Below are positions 44,312 to 61,482 of a stretch of 64,000 nt of DNA, one piece after another. Source of the DNA: the human T2T-CHM13v2.0 reference genome, Homo sapiens; NCBI RefSeq assembly GCF_009914755.1, contig NC_060937.1; one strand, 5' to 3'. Position 1 is the first letter of the stretch, and the number at the start of each line of letters is the position of its first letter. Position numbers and translations under genes: made by a program. Below the pieces are notes generated by a model, which saw only the letters and a list, made by a program, of their open reading frames with translations, did not search any database and was not told the origin of the DNA.

Positions 44312-44472
44312 TTGCATATGACAAGGTGGGCCTAATACTTAGGTGAAGTGTAGATAGGTGCAGCAAACCACCATGGCAAATGTTTACCTATGTAACAGAC
44401 CTGCACATCCTGCACATGTACCCTGGAACTCAAAGTAACATAAGATAAAATTAAATTGAAATTTTTTTAAAA
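44312..44472 (+). mobile_element. Short 3' fragment of an older L1PA (PA11-16-like)
   Basis: ataggtgcagcaaaccaccatggca...tttacctatgtaacagacctgcacatcctgcacatgtaccctggaact; TSD aagaaatgt on both sides. Confidence 0.85.
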
Positions 44473-44574
44473 AAGAAATGTACTCCATTTGTAACTTTAT
44501 AGGGTTTGATTGTTATTCCTTTAAAGCCTTAACTTTTTTGGTTTTTAAAATTATTTTTTAAAGTTTAAAAAACC

Positions 44575-45430
44575 GCTTTTGATAATAATCATCCTAACTG
44601 GGTGAGATGATACCTCATTATGGTTTTTGTTAGTATTTCCCATATAATTAGTGATGTTGGCACATTTAAAAAATATATTTATTGACCATCTGTATGTCTT
44701 CCTTGGAGAAATGTCTGTTCAGATCATTTGCTCATTTTTAAATCGGATCTTTTGCTTTTTTGCTGTTGAGATGTTTGAGATCCTTGTATATTCTGGGTAT
44801 TAATTCCCTGTTGGATGAATAGTTTGCAAATATTTTCTCCCATTCTGCATGCTGCTTTTTCACGCTGTTGATTGTTTCTTTTGCTGTGTAGAAGTTCTTT
44901 AGTCTGCTATAATCCCATTTGTTTATTTTCACTTTTATTGCTTGTGATTTTGAGGTTGCATTCACAAAACCTTTTCCCAGACCAATGTGGTATAAATTTC
45001 TCCTGTTTTCTTCCAGTAGTTTTATAATTTGGGGTCTTACATTTAAGTCTCTCATCTATTTTGAGTTTATTTTTGTATAGGGTGAGAGGTAGGGGTCTTA
45101 TTGCCTTCCTCTCTATATTGATATCCAGTTTTCTCAGCACCATTTATTGAACAGTCTGTCCTTTCCACAATGAGCATTCTTGGCATCTTTGTCAAAAATC
45201 AGTTAACTGTAGATACATGGATTAATTTCTGGGTTATCTATTCTGTTCCATTTGTCTATGTTTCTGTTTTGGCTACTATGGTGTTGTGGCATATTTTGAA
45301 GTCTGGTAATGTGATGCCTCCGGCCAGTTCTTATTGCTCAGGATTGCTTTGGCTATTTGGAGACTTTTGTGGTGACATACAAATTTTAGGATTTTTCTAT
45401 GAAGAATATTATTGTTATTTCAATAGGGAC
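44575..45430 (-). mobile_element. L1M ORF2 3' fragment
   Basis: ORF 44738-45055 (KINKWDYSRLKNFYTAKETIN...EWEKIFANY) matches ORF2p. Confidence 0.85.
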
Positions 45431-47244
45431 AGTCTGGATTTTTACACTGTGGCATCTGGAAATTGATAATGTGAATTTCTTAGATTTTGTATCCAGCCTC
45501 ATCTGCAAAGTATGTCTTTTAAATAGTAAGCTAATTTTCCCCAACTTTATCCCAACTGGTCAGGAAATAAGAAGATGCAGATACTTTTTAATATGTTCTA
45601 CTTTATTCATCAAAATATCAAAATAGCTGCAACAGATATTTCTTCTTCCATAAAATGTGACAGATATAAATATCCACATGTAAATACATTTGAATTTAAT
45701 ATAATTTTATGCATAATAAAGTTAAAATCCAAAGTTACCAAGGGGCAATAACTTGCCTTACTTCCAAGTGATTTATATGCATATAAAAGATTAGAAAACA
45801 ATTATCCTAGAACATATTGGAAAGTTTTTGTTTTCCAACTAGTGTTAAATTTCACTGGAGCTATAATTTAGATGGGTCTCATAAATTTTCTCGAGATGTT
45901 TTTATTAGCATTTAGCTTTACAGTTATCAAATAGATAACCTAAAAGTATCCTAAAGTAACCAAATTTGTTTTCTGAGACATACAGGTAAATGAACCAGCA
46001 AACAAATAGCATTTTACTCACTGTAAATACCAACATTCATGACCACATTACACATATGGTGCTTTATGAAAAGGTTTTACTGACTTTGTCCCCATATCAT
46101 CTCCTAGGACTTATTTTTTAAGCATTACATTATTTTTTACAGGTGAAAATGTCTGATCCAGCTTATAGCTCTTTTCCGTGTAATCCCTGCGTTTTTTCCA
46201 CATTTGGTTCTTTTAGTCCTTATAACACATTCTTCTTTTTTTAATCTGGGAAAATGTAGCTTAGGCTCACCATCTGTTTCATAGTGAAGTGCTTGTATTC
46301 AGCTTCCCAGATGGGTTGAATAAGAGAAAAAGGTTAAGTGATTTAACTTGAATTCATACAGTGAGTCATCTGCCCTCAGCGCAGGCATGACAAAGTGAAA
46401 GATTTTCAGGGTTTTCTCTTCACTATACAAATTTGGAGATCACACAAGTTTCATCAGAGCATTCTAAAAACTGGTCAGAGTAGCAAATATATTCAACATG
46501 GCTGAACAATAATTTGGATTTCAAATGTATTCATAATATACAACATTAAAAAAACTTTGAAAAAGTAAACATTTTCTTTTGACAAGATATGAAAACTTCA
46601 CTTTTTCAATATTATTGCCTCCTGGCTGGTATTCTAATCTCTCTTTTCCTTTCAATACATCTTTTAATCTGGTCTCATATTAATTTTGTAACAATTCCCC
46701 TTTTTTTCTCATCTCTGCTGGAGAGTAGACAGTTTCTTCCTAACAACAGTGTACAGACCTCCAGCCCTCCAAAAAGTGCCTAAATTTATATTCTGCAACC
46801 TTTTTTTGGTCTGAAGAGTAGAGCTTCAATTCAGTTCTAGAGTTTGGATAGGAAAATAATTTTCATTAAAAGAGAGAATTCAGATAGCAGGGGATACCTG
46901 TATCAATAAAAGGGTGTTTATTAATTAAATTTGTTGCATTTTAATAAGAAGAAAAGAGGTCCAAGTTGATTTACTCAACTTTGACAAAGCTCTCATATTG
47001 TGTAGAATCCTAACCCAAATACTATGAATGAGGTTTGAAAAAAGTAGAGACAGTGCTTTCTCTTGAGGAATTTGGTCACTAGTAAGTGGAAACCTTAATC
47101 AAAGTATCCCCATTTAGGGTAGAAACAGGTTATTTTATTAATGAACCAAATTCTGTGACAATCAACTTAACCAAGATCTGATGGAATTATTATTTTTTAT
47201 TTTTACTGAATTTTTCTTTGAACAATGGAACCAGTTATGCACTC

Positions 47245-47626
47245 TGCCATGGACTGAATGTTTATGTCTCTCCAAAACTCATATGTTGATATATTAACTT
47301 CCAAAATATCAGTATTAGGAGGTTGCACCTTTGGGAGATTATTAGGTCAAAAGGGTGGAGCCTCTATGAATGGGCTTAACATCTTTATAAAAGACACAAG
47401 AGAGCTTGCTTCTTCTCTCTCTGCTGTCCACCATGTGAGAATCCAACGAGAAGGCAGTCATCTACAAACCCTCACCAGAGGGAAAAGGGCCCTCACCAGA
47501 CACCAGATCTGCCAGCACCTTCATCTTGGACTTCCTAGTCTTCAGAACTGCAAGAAATACACTTCTGCTGTTTAAGCTACCCAGTCCATTGGTATTCTGT
47601 TAGGCCAGCCTAAAATGACTCAGACA
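47245..47626 (+). mobile_element. MaLR LTR (MSTD/MLT1A-like)
   Basis: tgccatggactgaatgtttatgtc...tcatatgttga...gggtggagcc...ccagatctgccagcaccttcatcttggacttcc...gactcagaca. Confidence 0.8.
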
Positions 47627-50415
47627 ACTCTAACACGATCAAAACATGGAAGTCACTCTGCCTTTAATGTTTAGTGGCAAGATTTCTCAGTCTCTTAGTT
47701 TACCACAAACTTATTCGTTTTATTGATTAACATGTGGCCATATTTTGATACCATGTGTTTGAGGCTATAATGATGCAATATAATTTATCTGCTTTTTAAA
47801 TGATTTGAAAAAAAAAACCTTTACTTTTAGGATTAATTTAAGTTTCAAAAAATAAAGTAACTTGGTCATAGAGGGCTTGTAAATTCACTATAAGTTATAT
47901 ATAATATAACTTGTGTGTACATATACATACATAAACCTAGCCATATGCCTGGCCCATAATTTAGTGACTATTACTTAGCTTCACAAGAAATATGTATGAT
48001 GATCTCAACAATCTAGAAAATCACTCTGAATATCTATGTCATACAACACAAAAAGTACTATTAATAAAAACAATATTAAAGTAAGTTTGAACTTTCAACT
48101 TTATTTTTGTCTATGTGAGGTTTCAGATGCAGTTATCCTAACTCCTCACCAAGAATCATCTTTAAGTCTAATTACTTGTTCAATTTCTCTCTGCCCAGCT
48201 AGATTGTAAATTCTGGAGGGCAAAAATGCTCTCTTCTTATTCAGAATTGTCTCTGCAGCTTCTAGATTAGTATCTGGAGCATTGTAATAATATTTGTTGA
48301 ATTGAATTGCATTAAAGACCATCTGCTTTTCATTTTAGGAGCTCATAGATTATAGGGGAAGCAACAGTTGAAGAAATAATTTTAATCAAAGTAAATAAGC
48401 ATTTTCATATGAGTATGCATAGAGTTAGTTATGCGACAAATAAAGAGCTAGGGTGACAGAGTAATTCACTAAGAATGCCACTGGTGACCTGAGTCTTGAT
48501 GAATGATTGGGGCTATCCAGGCAGAAGGGTGGGCAAGGTATTCCAATCTAAGGATCATACTTGATTCTCAATAACTGGAAATGAAAAAAGATCTCCTTTA
48601 CCTTATTCTCTTTCTCATGTAGTCAAAGACTTGAAAAATGTTGAAAATATTTCTTTCAATCACATACGATTCAGGAAGATGCCAACATGCCCAGATGGAT
48701 GGTTTTCAGATTCACACTTTGGAAACACATGGTGCCTCTCTGAGGCAATTGTGTACTGTTTCTTTTAAAATAGCAGAAAGCATATGGGAACAGGATTGGA
48801 TCTGTCAGCTACTATCAAAAGAATAGTGAAACTTTTAAAATAAATTAAATCAAAACCTATAAAGTGACAAAATTTTATCATATTTTGAAATTCTGAAGTT
48901 TTACATCTGAAGATATATATGTCCATTTAAAAGGAAAAAATCTACTTTTTCATATAAACCACAATCCCTGCTAGAGCTGCAAAATCTGAGGCCAAACGAG
49001 AGACAAGGTGAGTGAAATGAGAGAATGCGGAGGAATTACATTCATTGGCAGTGGAGTATTTCTACTCTTCACCCATGTTACAATTTTTTTTTTCTTAAGC
49101 AAAGCATATCTAGAACAATTTGTATACTTTCCTCCAATGTCTCTGCTTTCTTTTGTTAAAATAAACATATAAACAAACAAAAAACTCAAATTTAATATAC
49201 GTAAAAGCATCTGCTTTCGTTTAAGTAATTTAGGCGTTACAATTGTCTGTTGCAGATTTATAACAGCTTTGTTTGAAGGCATCTCTCTCTATATCCTATT
49301 ACTTCCTTTTAGCAAGCATAAAGCTGGGTGGTTTCCCATGAATTCTAACCACAGTGCTTTCATGAATGAATTTTATAACCAGGTCAAATCTTCCTAATGC
49401 TAGACTCATAACCCTACCCCACACTGTTTTCCATGGCAACCTATTTTTCCCCAAATTATTATTATAGGATTTGGGATGATTAAACATCAAAGAGAATGAT
49501 TTCATAGAGCTGAACCTATGAATTAAAGGAGCTTTAGATACCAAACCTCTATTTTAAGAAAATATTTTTTTTCAAGGTGGATGACTTCCTTTGCCTTTTA
49601 TCCATGCAGGGTCCTTGATCCCAGATAAAGTAAACAGTCTGCTAGTGGCTTTGAAGTCATCTGCTATCCTTCATTCAGAAATGTGCATTATTCTTTTTGA
49701 CACCCACGTGCATAGAACTTTGTTTCCAAAATCTGTTACATGCCAATATGAATTTGTCAATATTAATTCTGGAATGCTCATATAAGTTTAAAACTATCTG
49801 TCATTCTTATTTGTTGACTTCTGGGATAGGTGTTATGGAGGCATTCCAAGAAGAATCAGATACATATCATGCCCTAAAGTTCCCCTATGTTAGGGGAACT
49901 AAGTTGCACAAGTAACTATATCCCAAGGAATAAAGTGATAAGTACCATAATAAAGACACAAATGAAGTTTATAGGAGTTCAGAAGAGGAATAGCTACTCA
50001 TAGGTGTTTAGCATTCATAGACATTTGGCTGATTGTTCTTTGTGGGGTATTCAAAAACATCCTTTGACACCATCAAAATGTGTTGGTCAAAGTCAGGGTG
50101 TCAAATGTCCACAACTAGCACATTAGGTTTTATATTTCTACATGATATTAAATCATCATTATTATCATTATCATCCTCACTTATTTTCAACTATTCTATA
50201 CTCTATTATAACTACAGGCAAAAGTAGAAAGTGATTAAGAAATCATGTGGACTTTATTTTTTATGGTTTTTAAAGTGGAATTGCATGCATTTTAAGTCCT
50301 ATTTGTATGTAGCTGAAAATCCAATAAAAGCATTTTTAAAAATTAATTTTTTAATATTGCTTTCAACTTTAGAGGCGCAGTGTTCTCAACATAGAAATAA
50401 TGTATTTGGGGTTAT

Positions 50416-50798
50416 TAACATGGTTTGGATTTGTGTCCCCATCCAAATCGCATGTCAAATTGTAAACCCCAGTGTTGGAGGAGGGGCCTGCTGGGAGGTG
50501 ATTGGATCACAGGGGCAGATCTCCCCATTGCTGTTCCCGTGAAAGTGAGTGAACCCTCCCAAGATCTGGTTGTTTAAAAGTGTGTAGCACCTCTGCCTGC
50601 TCTCTCTTCCTCCTGCGCCAGCCATGTAAGAGGTGCCGCCTTCTTTTTTGCCTTCCATCATGATTGTAATTTTCTGAGGCCCCTCCAGCCATGCTTCCTG
50701 TACAGCCTGCAGAACCATGAGCTAATTAAACCTCTTTTCTTTATAAATTACCCAGTCTCAGGTAGTTCCTTATAACAATGCGAGAACAGACTAATACA
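50416..50798 (+). mobile_element. MaLR solo LTR (MSTA-like)
   Basis: atggtttggatttgtgtcccc...gggaggtgattggatca...attaaacctcttttctttataaattacccagtctcagg...gactaataca; perfect 5-bp TSD gttat. Confidence 0.9.
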
Positions 50799-52629
50799 GT
50801 TATTAATGTATAAGCTCTGTGTTTTCAAATTTACTGTTCTAAATTGAATCAGAAACTGGAAACCTTAAAACCTAGTATGATAGGAAGCTGCCTAGCTCTT
50901 AACATAACTTAAAAATATTGAAGTCATGTTTATTGGTTAGTAATTTATTTGTATTGTAGCAATTTGAGATGTTTCCTAAAGCAATGTTGAGTAGAAAAGA
51001 AGCAGTAGAATTATTATCAAAGGAACCAAGATAATAGTTGGAGAAATGAGCTTTGAGATTGCATGACAAAGTAAGGAAGGAAATGGAAGAATAAAGCCTG
51101 AAGGTCAGTAGTCGAGAGCAAAATCTCTTTTGGTGAACAGACTGAGAAATTAGTTCAGAATAAGGAGGTTTTAGTTTCTCTCTTCACATAATGTCTGACT
51201 CATTGACAGGGCAGGCATGGTAACTTGAAGGAGTTGTAACTTTGGGTCTATCTTTATTTAGTTTCTGAATAGATACACTACAGTCTTACCACCAAGTATT
51301 TATATTTTAAGTAATAATTAATGATCATCCAGTATTCAGGCCAAGTTTAGGCAGCTGTTATTCTATTACCATGACTCTGTAAAGGTATCACCTCTATTTT
51401 CTGAGTTTCTAATTCAAATCATAGTGATGAGTAAATCTGTAAGTTGTAGGCACTTGCCAAAAAATAAAATTAGTCTTAGTGCAATGAAGATTTGATATCT
51501 AAATCCCAACAGAAAATAAAATATGCTCCACAGAAAACATATGCTTTGTCAATTAAAAAACAAACAAACCAAAAAAAAAATATATGAGCATTTAAACACT
51601 AATTTCTAGCAATTGTGCCAAAAACAGTTCAGCCATGCATGTTCAATTATAATATATTCATAATGCAATATCATAAAGGAAACACATGCTAATAAATAAG
51701 CTTGTTCACCATAAGTAATGTCTTAATTATCTGAGAAGTAGATGAACTCACTCACATTTAATAAATTTACCTTAACATCAATGATTTCTTTGCTAAGAAT
51801 TCTGTTTTTGCCCAAAGTGGTGTCACATTCCATAGGTTTAAGCTCCCATCTTAGAGCAGGACCAGGAAGCCAAGTCTCTTTATTTCCAAACATATTGGTC
51901 TCTAGGTAGTAAAAAATAATAAGTAAAATTAAGTAAACCTTTTATTATCAGCAGGATTAATACAGACTTCCAGGGAGATGGTAGCTGAATATTTTGCCCC
52001 CTTCCTCCCATTTGTGCATCCCAAAGTCACTAACAGGCTTTGGTGGAAAATCACCTCCGCTGTTCCCCTGCTGGTGCGACCACTGTGATGAGACAGAGCC
52101 TTGGACACCCAGTGGTCAGTTTGCTGTACCTGCACACCTCTGTCTTCCAAAAGTTTATTTCCTCCTGTGTTCCCAAATGGCTGCTGTATCTACAATATAA
52201 CATGCTACATTGTGGTGAGTAGTGAAGTCAATTTAAATTTCCCTAACTGAATTGTGAATCCTTTGGGAGCCAAGTCTATTTCACTTTCTCATTTTCAAGA
52301 CCCTTGGGACAGTAGCTTGCGTATTGTGAATAAAAGAGGGTAGTGGAACTGCATTACTATTGACCCTGTTTTAAGCATTTGCCAACAGTATTGTTGGGGT
52401 ATCATGAGGGAGACATGAGCTCGTGAAGCGAGCTTAAAGAATTTCCCACAAAACCTTTGCAAGCTTAGTAAGCTGACTGTCTCTTTTGGGTGTGGAGCTA
52501 CATTAACCTAGCTCAAGAAACCAATACATAAAATAAAAATGTCAACATATTACCTTACACTAAGAAACTTACATCTCAGCTCACATTTCTTAGAATGTCT
52601 TTCCATCAGATTCAGCTACCACATGGTAG

Positions 52630-52968
<339 letters not shown>

Positions 52969-53241
52969 TAGCAAGACTGGCTGACATTAATAGGAACAGG
53001 CAACATATTACTATAATTTAAGTTTAAACTGCATGGTTCCCAGGAATCCAACTCATCTCTTAGGATTGTTTCCAAGGAGACACTATCAATTATGGTTTGA
53101 AGGAAACAAAAAATTTCCAAAGAAGAAAGAGCTTTTATAGGAATTTAAAATTTACTCATTTGGTCTCTTTTAGCACAACTGTCTACCTAAATTAATGAGA
53201 TTTGTCTTATTTGTTGCTTAACTGAGATTTTATTCTATTCA

Positions 53242-53750
<509 letters not shown>

Positions 53751-53997
53751 TTAATATCTAGCACAAGTTGGGGCCAATCATACCTTCTCTCCTGGGAAAA
53801 ATAAGGCTGGGAATCAGAAGTACCAGTCAATCTCTATCGGGGCTGCACTTGAGTGACATAAAGTGGGGGCTGTGTTGGTCATGTACATAGCATATCCCAC
53901 ATGTCAGAGATTCCCTTTTAGTGCCTAGCTAAGCACTTGATATACAATAGGAGCTCCTTTTCGTTTCCTTGTTTTTTGTTTTTGTTTTTGTTTTTTT

Positions 53998-54212
53998 AGT
54001 GAATACTAGGTATTAGGCAGTGCTAGAAAAGTTATATATATATTAATTCATTTAATTCTAACAGCAACACTATAAGGGATAGGTTTCACAGATGGACAAA
54101 CTCAGTTACAGAGAAGTTAAATACCTTGCCCAAGACTAAGCGGCTAGCTGGTAAGTGGTAGAACAAGAGCCAGACAGCCTGGCTCCAAAGTCCAAGTTCT
54201 CAACCGCTATCC
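53998..54212 (-). mobile_element. MIR SINE
   Basis: ttcatttaattctaacagcaac...acagatggacaaactcag...agagaagttaaataccttgcccaag. Confidence 0.7.
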
Positions 54213-55578
54213 AGCTGCTTTTACCCAGAAGGGTAAGAAGAGAGGAAGAAAAAAAGAGGAGGAAGGAGAGGGAAAACTCATCCAATTTTTTTTAAGTCCC
54301 TCTACATCCACAGAGTTAACAGTAGTGAATTTCACTACTCGCAAGCAATACTGATAGTTCACCCTCTGCAGTGACTAAGACTTTGCTAAGGCCCAACTGA
54401 ATGATGTCATGTGGCAGTGCTAGCACCCAGCATAAGGAAGGGGCACGACCCCTATTTCTACCTCAAATCAACTCTTTGATCTCTCAGTTCTCAGGACTCT
54501 AATACATTTTTTCTTTGTGTAATGACCACCAACTCAGAGACAAAAGTTGGAAAATGTTGGAAAGGAAGCTACTTTTGTGATGTAAGGATAGACATAGAAA
54601 ACACGTTACTGTGAATGAAAATGTGATTCAGTAGCAATCCAGGAAGATTTGTGCCCAAACATTTCAGTATTTGGAAATTTGGTAACTGATTTCCAGACAT
54701 AGTCCTGGAATGTCGAGGGTCTTACCAAGGTATCTCTTATTAGTCAATTAGCTTTGAATGCTTGGCATTTAGAATTCTTTCCTCCCATATGAGACTCGAT
54801 GCTTTTAACTGAGAGTTTGGCAAACTTTGTAGGTGGAAAACTCAAGTTACTTTTTTACTCATTTTACATTTGAAGTTTTCCATTCAAAAAGAAAATAATA
54901 AATGGCACAAAAATCAGATCCAAGTAGCCTAAGATTAAATATGAATAATTTTAGAGAAATGATAAAATTATATTAAAATGGATTTCTTTGTTTAGATATT
55001 ATTTTATTGTACTCAGTAATTTTATGGCTTTGTGGGGAGGCTCTAGGCTAATGTTACAAAGGAACACACAATGCTTTTCAATAGCAACAAGTAACGAATC
55101 TGTAAACTAAGAAATGTTTAACCATGAAAAACATTAACTTTCAAATATGTATAAATGTTAACATAATTAAATTTAAAAAGTAACAAAACATATTTACAAG
55201 GACACACTAGCCTAAACTCAGAGTCACTATGAGACCGAACAATCCCCTACCCGACCTCCACTCAAACGCCCCCCGCCACACACAAACACACACACAAACA
55301 TAGGCTATTATTTGCCTAACACCATGTAAATGCCAAGTGAACCAACTTGTGAGTCTCATTGTTCAAAGTCAAGGGCCTGGATAGATATCCATTTTCCTTA
55401 CGGAACTGGAAGGAGATGAGCATAGAGTGAAAATGCATGTGTGTCCTGATATAAATCAAAGACCAAAGAAGAAAGCTAGGTTCAAAACCCAGGAAGTAAA
55501 TTTAAAAATTTTTTGTCACAGTAGGACAGTTCTCTGTTGGGCTTCCCTATTGGGAATCTTACAAAAAACCTGGAGAAA

Positions 55579-56720
<1,142 letters not shown>

Positions 56721-57074
56721 GTGAGGAAAAAAAGAGAGAGAAAAAGAGAAATTACAAAAACACAAAGCTCTTGTTAATTCACATGTTAATGTCTTCTTTC
56801 CAGACCATACCTGGAGTTCTAAACAGCCCTCAATTTGACACCTACTTTCTGGGGTTACAGACAGTTGCATTCCTTAAAACCAGTGACAGTCACAATGAAA
56901 GAGAAAAGATTCTCAGGAGGAAGTAGCTGTCAAGGATGGCTAGACTGGAAATTTTACTTATCTTGACAGCAGTTTTGACTGTAATGGATTAAGCTCCAGG
57001 ATTAGTGTTTGCCTACTTTTGCCTTTTCCTCCCCTCTTCCTGGTTTAAGCAAATGTCTGGATCACTATGATGTT

Positions 57075-57232
57075 GTTCTATTGTCTGGATGTGGTTGTCA
57101 CAACTGGGAGGGGGATGCTAATGGCAGCAAATGAGAGGAAGTCGAGACAAATACTAAACATCTTACAATGTGCAGGGCAGCCTCCCTCAAAAAGACTAGC
57201 ATGTCAGTAGTGCCAAGGTTGAGGATCCCTGC
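57075..57232 (+). mobile_element. MER20-like hAT relic
   Basis: ggttgtcacaactggg...gatgctaatggca...ctaaacatcttacaatg...gtcagtagtgccaaggttgag. Confidence 0.7.
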
Positions 57233-57512
57233 TTAATTCCCACCTTACAAAGAGCAGAGCATGTGTGTGAACTAAGAACAATGTTTATTTTGTGATTTAA
57301 TAGAATGCCTCAATTTGTGCTCTTGTCATAATATAACTCCTTTAAACATGAAATAAATATACAATGTATCCTTCTGTATATGAAAGATTCTTCTGTGCTT
57401 AAAATATTTTCTCCCTGGGTGATAAATAAAATTAAGAATCTCTGACTCAGGCATAAGGTGAGTGAAAATTGCTTGCCACTGTTGGATAATAATAGTAATC
57501 TGCAGCTAATAA

Positions 57513-57690
57513 AGTCATTCTCAGCCTCAGCTGTACATTATGATCACCTGGGGAGATTTTGAAAAGCAGTGGCTCCAGGGCTCTAACCCTTGGAGATGCT
57601 GGTTTAATTGGTCTTAGTTTGGGCTTGAGCTTGAGTGTCTTTGGAGCTCACCAGGCAGTTTTAACGTAAAGCCAGGGTGGAGAACCACTG
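57513..57690. mobile_element. MER5A-like hAT relic
   Basis: ttctcagcctcagctgtacatta...atcacctggggag...tttaattggtct...agccagggtggagaaccactg. Confidence 0.7.
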
Positions 57691-59139
57691 AATCTATCTA
57701 GCCTGTGGGCACCATTGCAATGACCATAGATTTAGAAATTCAGCTGAGGGCTCAGACTGGGACTCATTCTGGTAATTAGCTAGGTAAATAAAGCAGTTTC
57801 AGTAATTTGCCTTGATACTCTAACCTTATCCGTTTCCTCTGAGTGACTGAGGTGTGGAGGGTGAACCCCAGAATCTCCCCAAAGTCCATCAGTACCTGCT
57901 AAAGGCTGTGTGAAGGACTCCCGCACAGAATCTGAAGTCTAAGCATGTAAAAGCAACACTATGAATGCTAGGTGTCCACACTGCTAGCTTTCCATGAGTG
58001 TTTATCCTTTCTTCACATTGTTATTTTTATACCACATGAAGTAGGGATTGGGACCACCTCAGCTCTTGCCTATTAACTGCTATCTCAAACAGTACCTTTT
58101 CAGCAGGGAAGATGGGATGCTATCTGAAACCAAAACATTAGGGAAAGCAAATATATTTTCAAGCGCTAGTGTTTCTTCTCCTCTTCCCCAAATCCCCTGG
58201 AATGAAAAGGATGGCTTTTCCCCTTTGCTTTATTTTCTTCCTTCCAAAGGCAGGCTTCTAGGCTAAATCTTAATGATAAATGTGGATATTTTCTCTCTAA
58301 ATTTGGATGATTCCATGAGGGGGGTCTTCCCGTCACTGTTGTTCAAATATTAAGACTAGTGTGTGTGAGTACTGCAGGAAGGAATTAGATGAAGTAGGGA
58401 ATGATCAAGGAGCTTAACAAATACTAGCACCACTCTTCACAAAGCCCACCTTTTAAAGCCCGTTGCTTTGCTGTAGGATCAGAGCCCTGTGTAATCCTGC
58501 ACTGAAGTTTTAGGTTATGGCTCAGCCTTGAAATGATGCAAAGGAAATTTTACATAAAAGGAAAAATTTTAATGGATTGGTTTTATATTTATAAAAAATA
58601 TTATCCTGTAATAAAAACATGTATATATACTGATGTTGAGTTGATCTAACTCAATAACTGTAGGGAAGCATACTTGTTCATTATCAATTCAGGAAAAAGG
58701 CCAAGATATTTAATAACAGCTGTTTTATTTGAAACATGATTTATATCAAGCACAGGGATAACACATACAAATCTGAAATAAAGCAATACGGAAACATTAC
58801 TGACTCCTGACAGCCCCAGTGAGTGTGGCTAGTCATTTAGGGCACCATGTTAGGGCAATCAGGCCATCTCAGGATCTATTGAAAGTTGAGGGAACCAATA
58901 GAACCAAACCAATGAGAGTATGCAGTTCTCTAATAGCCAGCTGATTCTTATTCTATTATATGCCCTAATTTTAAGACAACTGTCATTGGAAATCTTAGGG
59001 GAAAATGGGGTTGTGTAGAAGACTGTATGTTAATTATCATCACGCACTTTTATTCCTTCAAGTAATTGTTCTAGTTATACTTTATGGAATATTCAGCTAG
59101 AAGAGGTAGTCAACACAGAACATGGAATTACAGAGCTAA

Positions 59140-59446
<307 letters not shown>

Positions 59447-59707
59447 TTACAGAACTGAAGGGATCTGAGAAAGTGCTGGTCTAGTCGCAGACTGAGATCT
59501 CATAAATCCAAGAAAGAAATATGATTCTTTCAGTTCTTTCTCAAGACCTAGAGAAAAACGAACATCAAACTCCTCTAATAAACTAGTTTCTTGATAACCT
59601 TTTAGATGTGATGCATTTGGGTCCTTTTTGTTTTTTATTTGCCAATATCTGCCTCTGAACTGTGATAAATGAGAATATTAGAAAATCACTACAACTACAA
59701 ACGTCAA

Positions 59708-59892
59708 TGTTTTGAAGTCAGACAGATTTCAGTTTAAATAACAATTCTAGCACTTCCTAGCTTTTATCTTTAGCAAGTTTTTAAATACCTGAACCTCAAA
59801 CTCCTCAACTAGACATAAGAATTGCTGTGAGAATTACAAGCAAGGCACCTGGCACCAACTTGGCCACAGAGCTGGCCCTCAGTAAACAGTAG
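59708..59892 (+). mobile_element. MIR SINE
   Basis: tttgaagtcagacag...ctagcacttcctagct...gcaagtt...ctgaacctca...gctgtgagaatta...gcacctggcac. Confidence 0.6.
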
Positions 59893-60442
59893 CTACAGTG
59901 ATGATTCACATGGCGTTCTTCCTTGCCCCCATGTTTACTTCAACTACCTCCCTTTCAAGGCTTTTCGTGTCCTCTGTTCCAATAATGGAAATGTGGTTTG
60001 ACCATGCAGAAATCGGATTGAGGCAAATTATCCAACAAGGAGCTATAACAATAATCAGGGAAACTGGAGAGTGAGCGAGAAAAATATTAAACATCTTAGT
60101 TCATCAGAATAAGAAAAATAAGAGGATTGCTGGGAACCTCAGATTATGGTATTGAAACTATATCCACACTTAGTCCTTGACTTTCGAGACTGACTCTGCC
60201 ATCGAACATTTGCATGGTTCTTAGAAACGATAAAAAATATCAATTTTGAATTTTCAGGGGAGGAAAACAATATTGCGTCTTTAAATGGGTTTGCCTTTTT
60301 TAGAATTTATCACTATGATTGGAATTCACTTTTTAGTTTTGTATTTCAATGTCATATGTTACAAGAAACACCTTTGTTAAGTGAATAAATTCCCTTTCAA
60401 ATTTGAGATAATTTGTCTTCCAGACTTTATTAATTATACTAG

Positions 60443-60796
<354 letters not shown>

Positions 60797-61416
60797 TGAT
60801 AAAACTAGGATAATAATACCTATCCCAAGCCATTATTGTTGTAAGGTTTAAATTAAATATTTAAGTGTATATAAAACCTGGCAGGTACTATCGTGCTTAA
60901 TAAATGTTCATTTACTTCCATCGTCATATAATGTTACTCAACATAAGTAAGTTTTTTTACTTACTACAAATGTTTTGAAGAAAAAGGTAAAGAAATAATA
61001 TTTCTTTAAATTGATAGTGCAAATTGTAGGTTTCTTTATCTTGCAAACTTTCTTTTAATTTAGAGCTACCGTTAACCTAAAGAAAATCTCTTAAGAGAGA
61101 CACGGGGCTAAAATTTAGTGCTTTGCAAGTACAATATGCTTCAGTATTTGGGATTTGCTTTCTCAAGAAGTTCTGAGTACAAGTAACAAAATGTTTGGAA
61201 GCCTATTAACGTTCGGTTTGGATTCTGCAAAAAGAAGTAGGTTTCAAAACTACCAAAATATTCTAAATTACATCTATTTGGGGGCAAGAAAAAAAAATCT
61301 AGTTAAGTCTAGATTTTATTCTAAGAGGAAACTATTTTTTGCCCTTTAACGTAAGTCTCATAGGGATCAAAATGAAAGTCAATTTAGAGGAAATCTATTT
61401 GGAAACAAGCTGAATC

Positions 61417-61482
61417 CCACGCCCTGGGAGCAGGCAGTGCAGTCTCCACCAGCCCCGCCCCCAGGGACTGAGTGACCACAGT
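61417..61482. promoter_or_regulatory. Putative enhancer core (KLF/SP GC boxes, RUNX-like site)
   Basis: GC-rich patch in AT-rich DNA with ccacgccc, ccccgccccc and gaccaca; motif inference only. Confidence 0.3.

Noticed and set aside
54321-54339. Palindrome agtagtgaa-t-ttcactact
   Set aside because: 9-bp arms are within chance expectation for 64 kb of AT-rich DNA.
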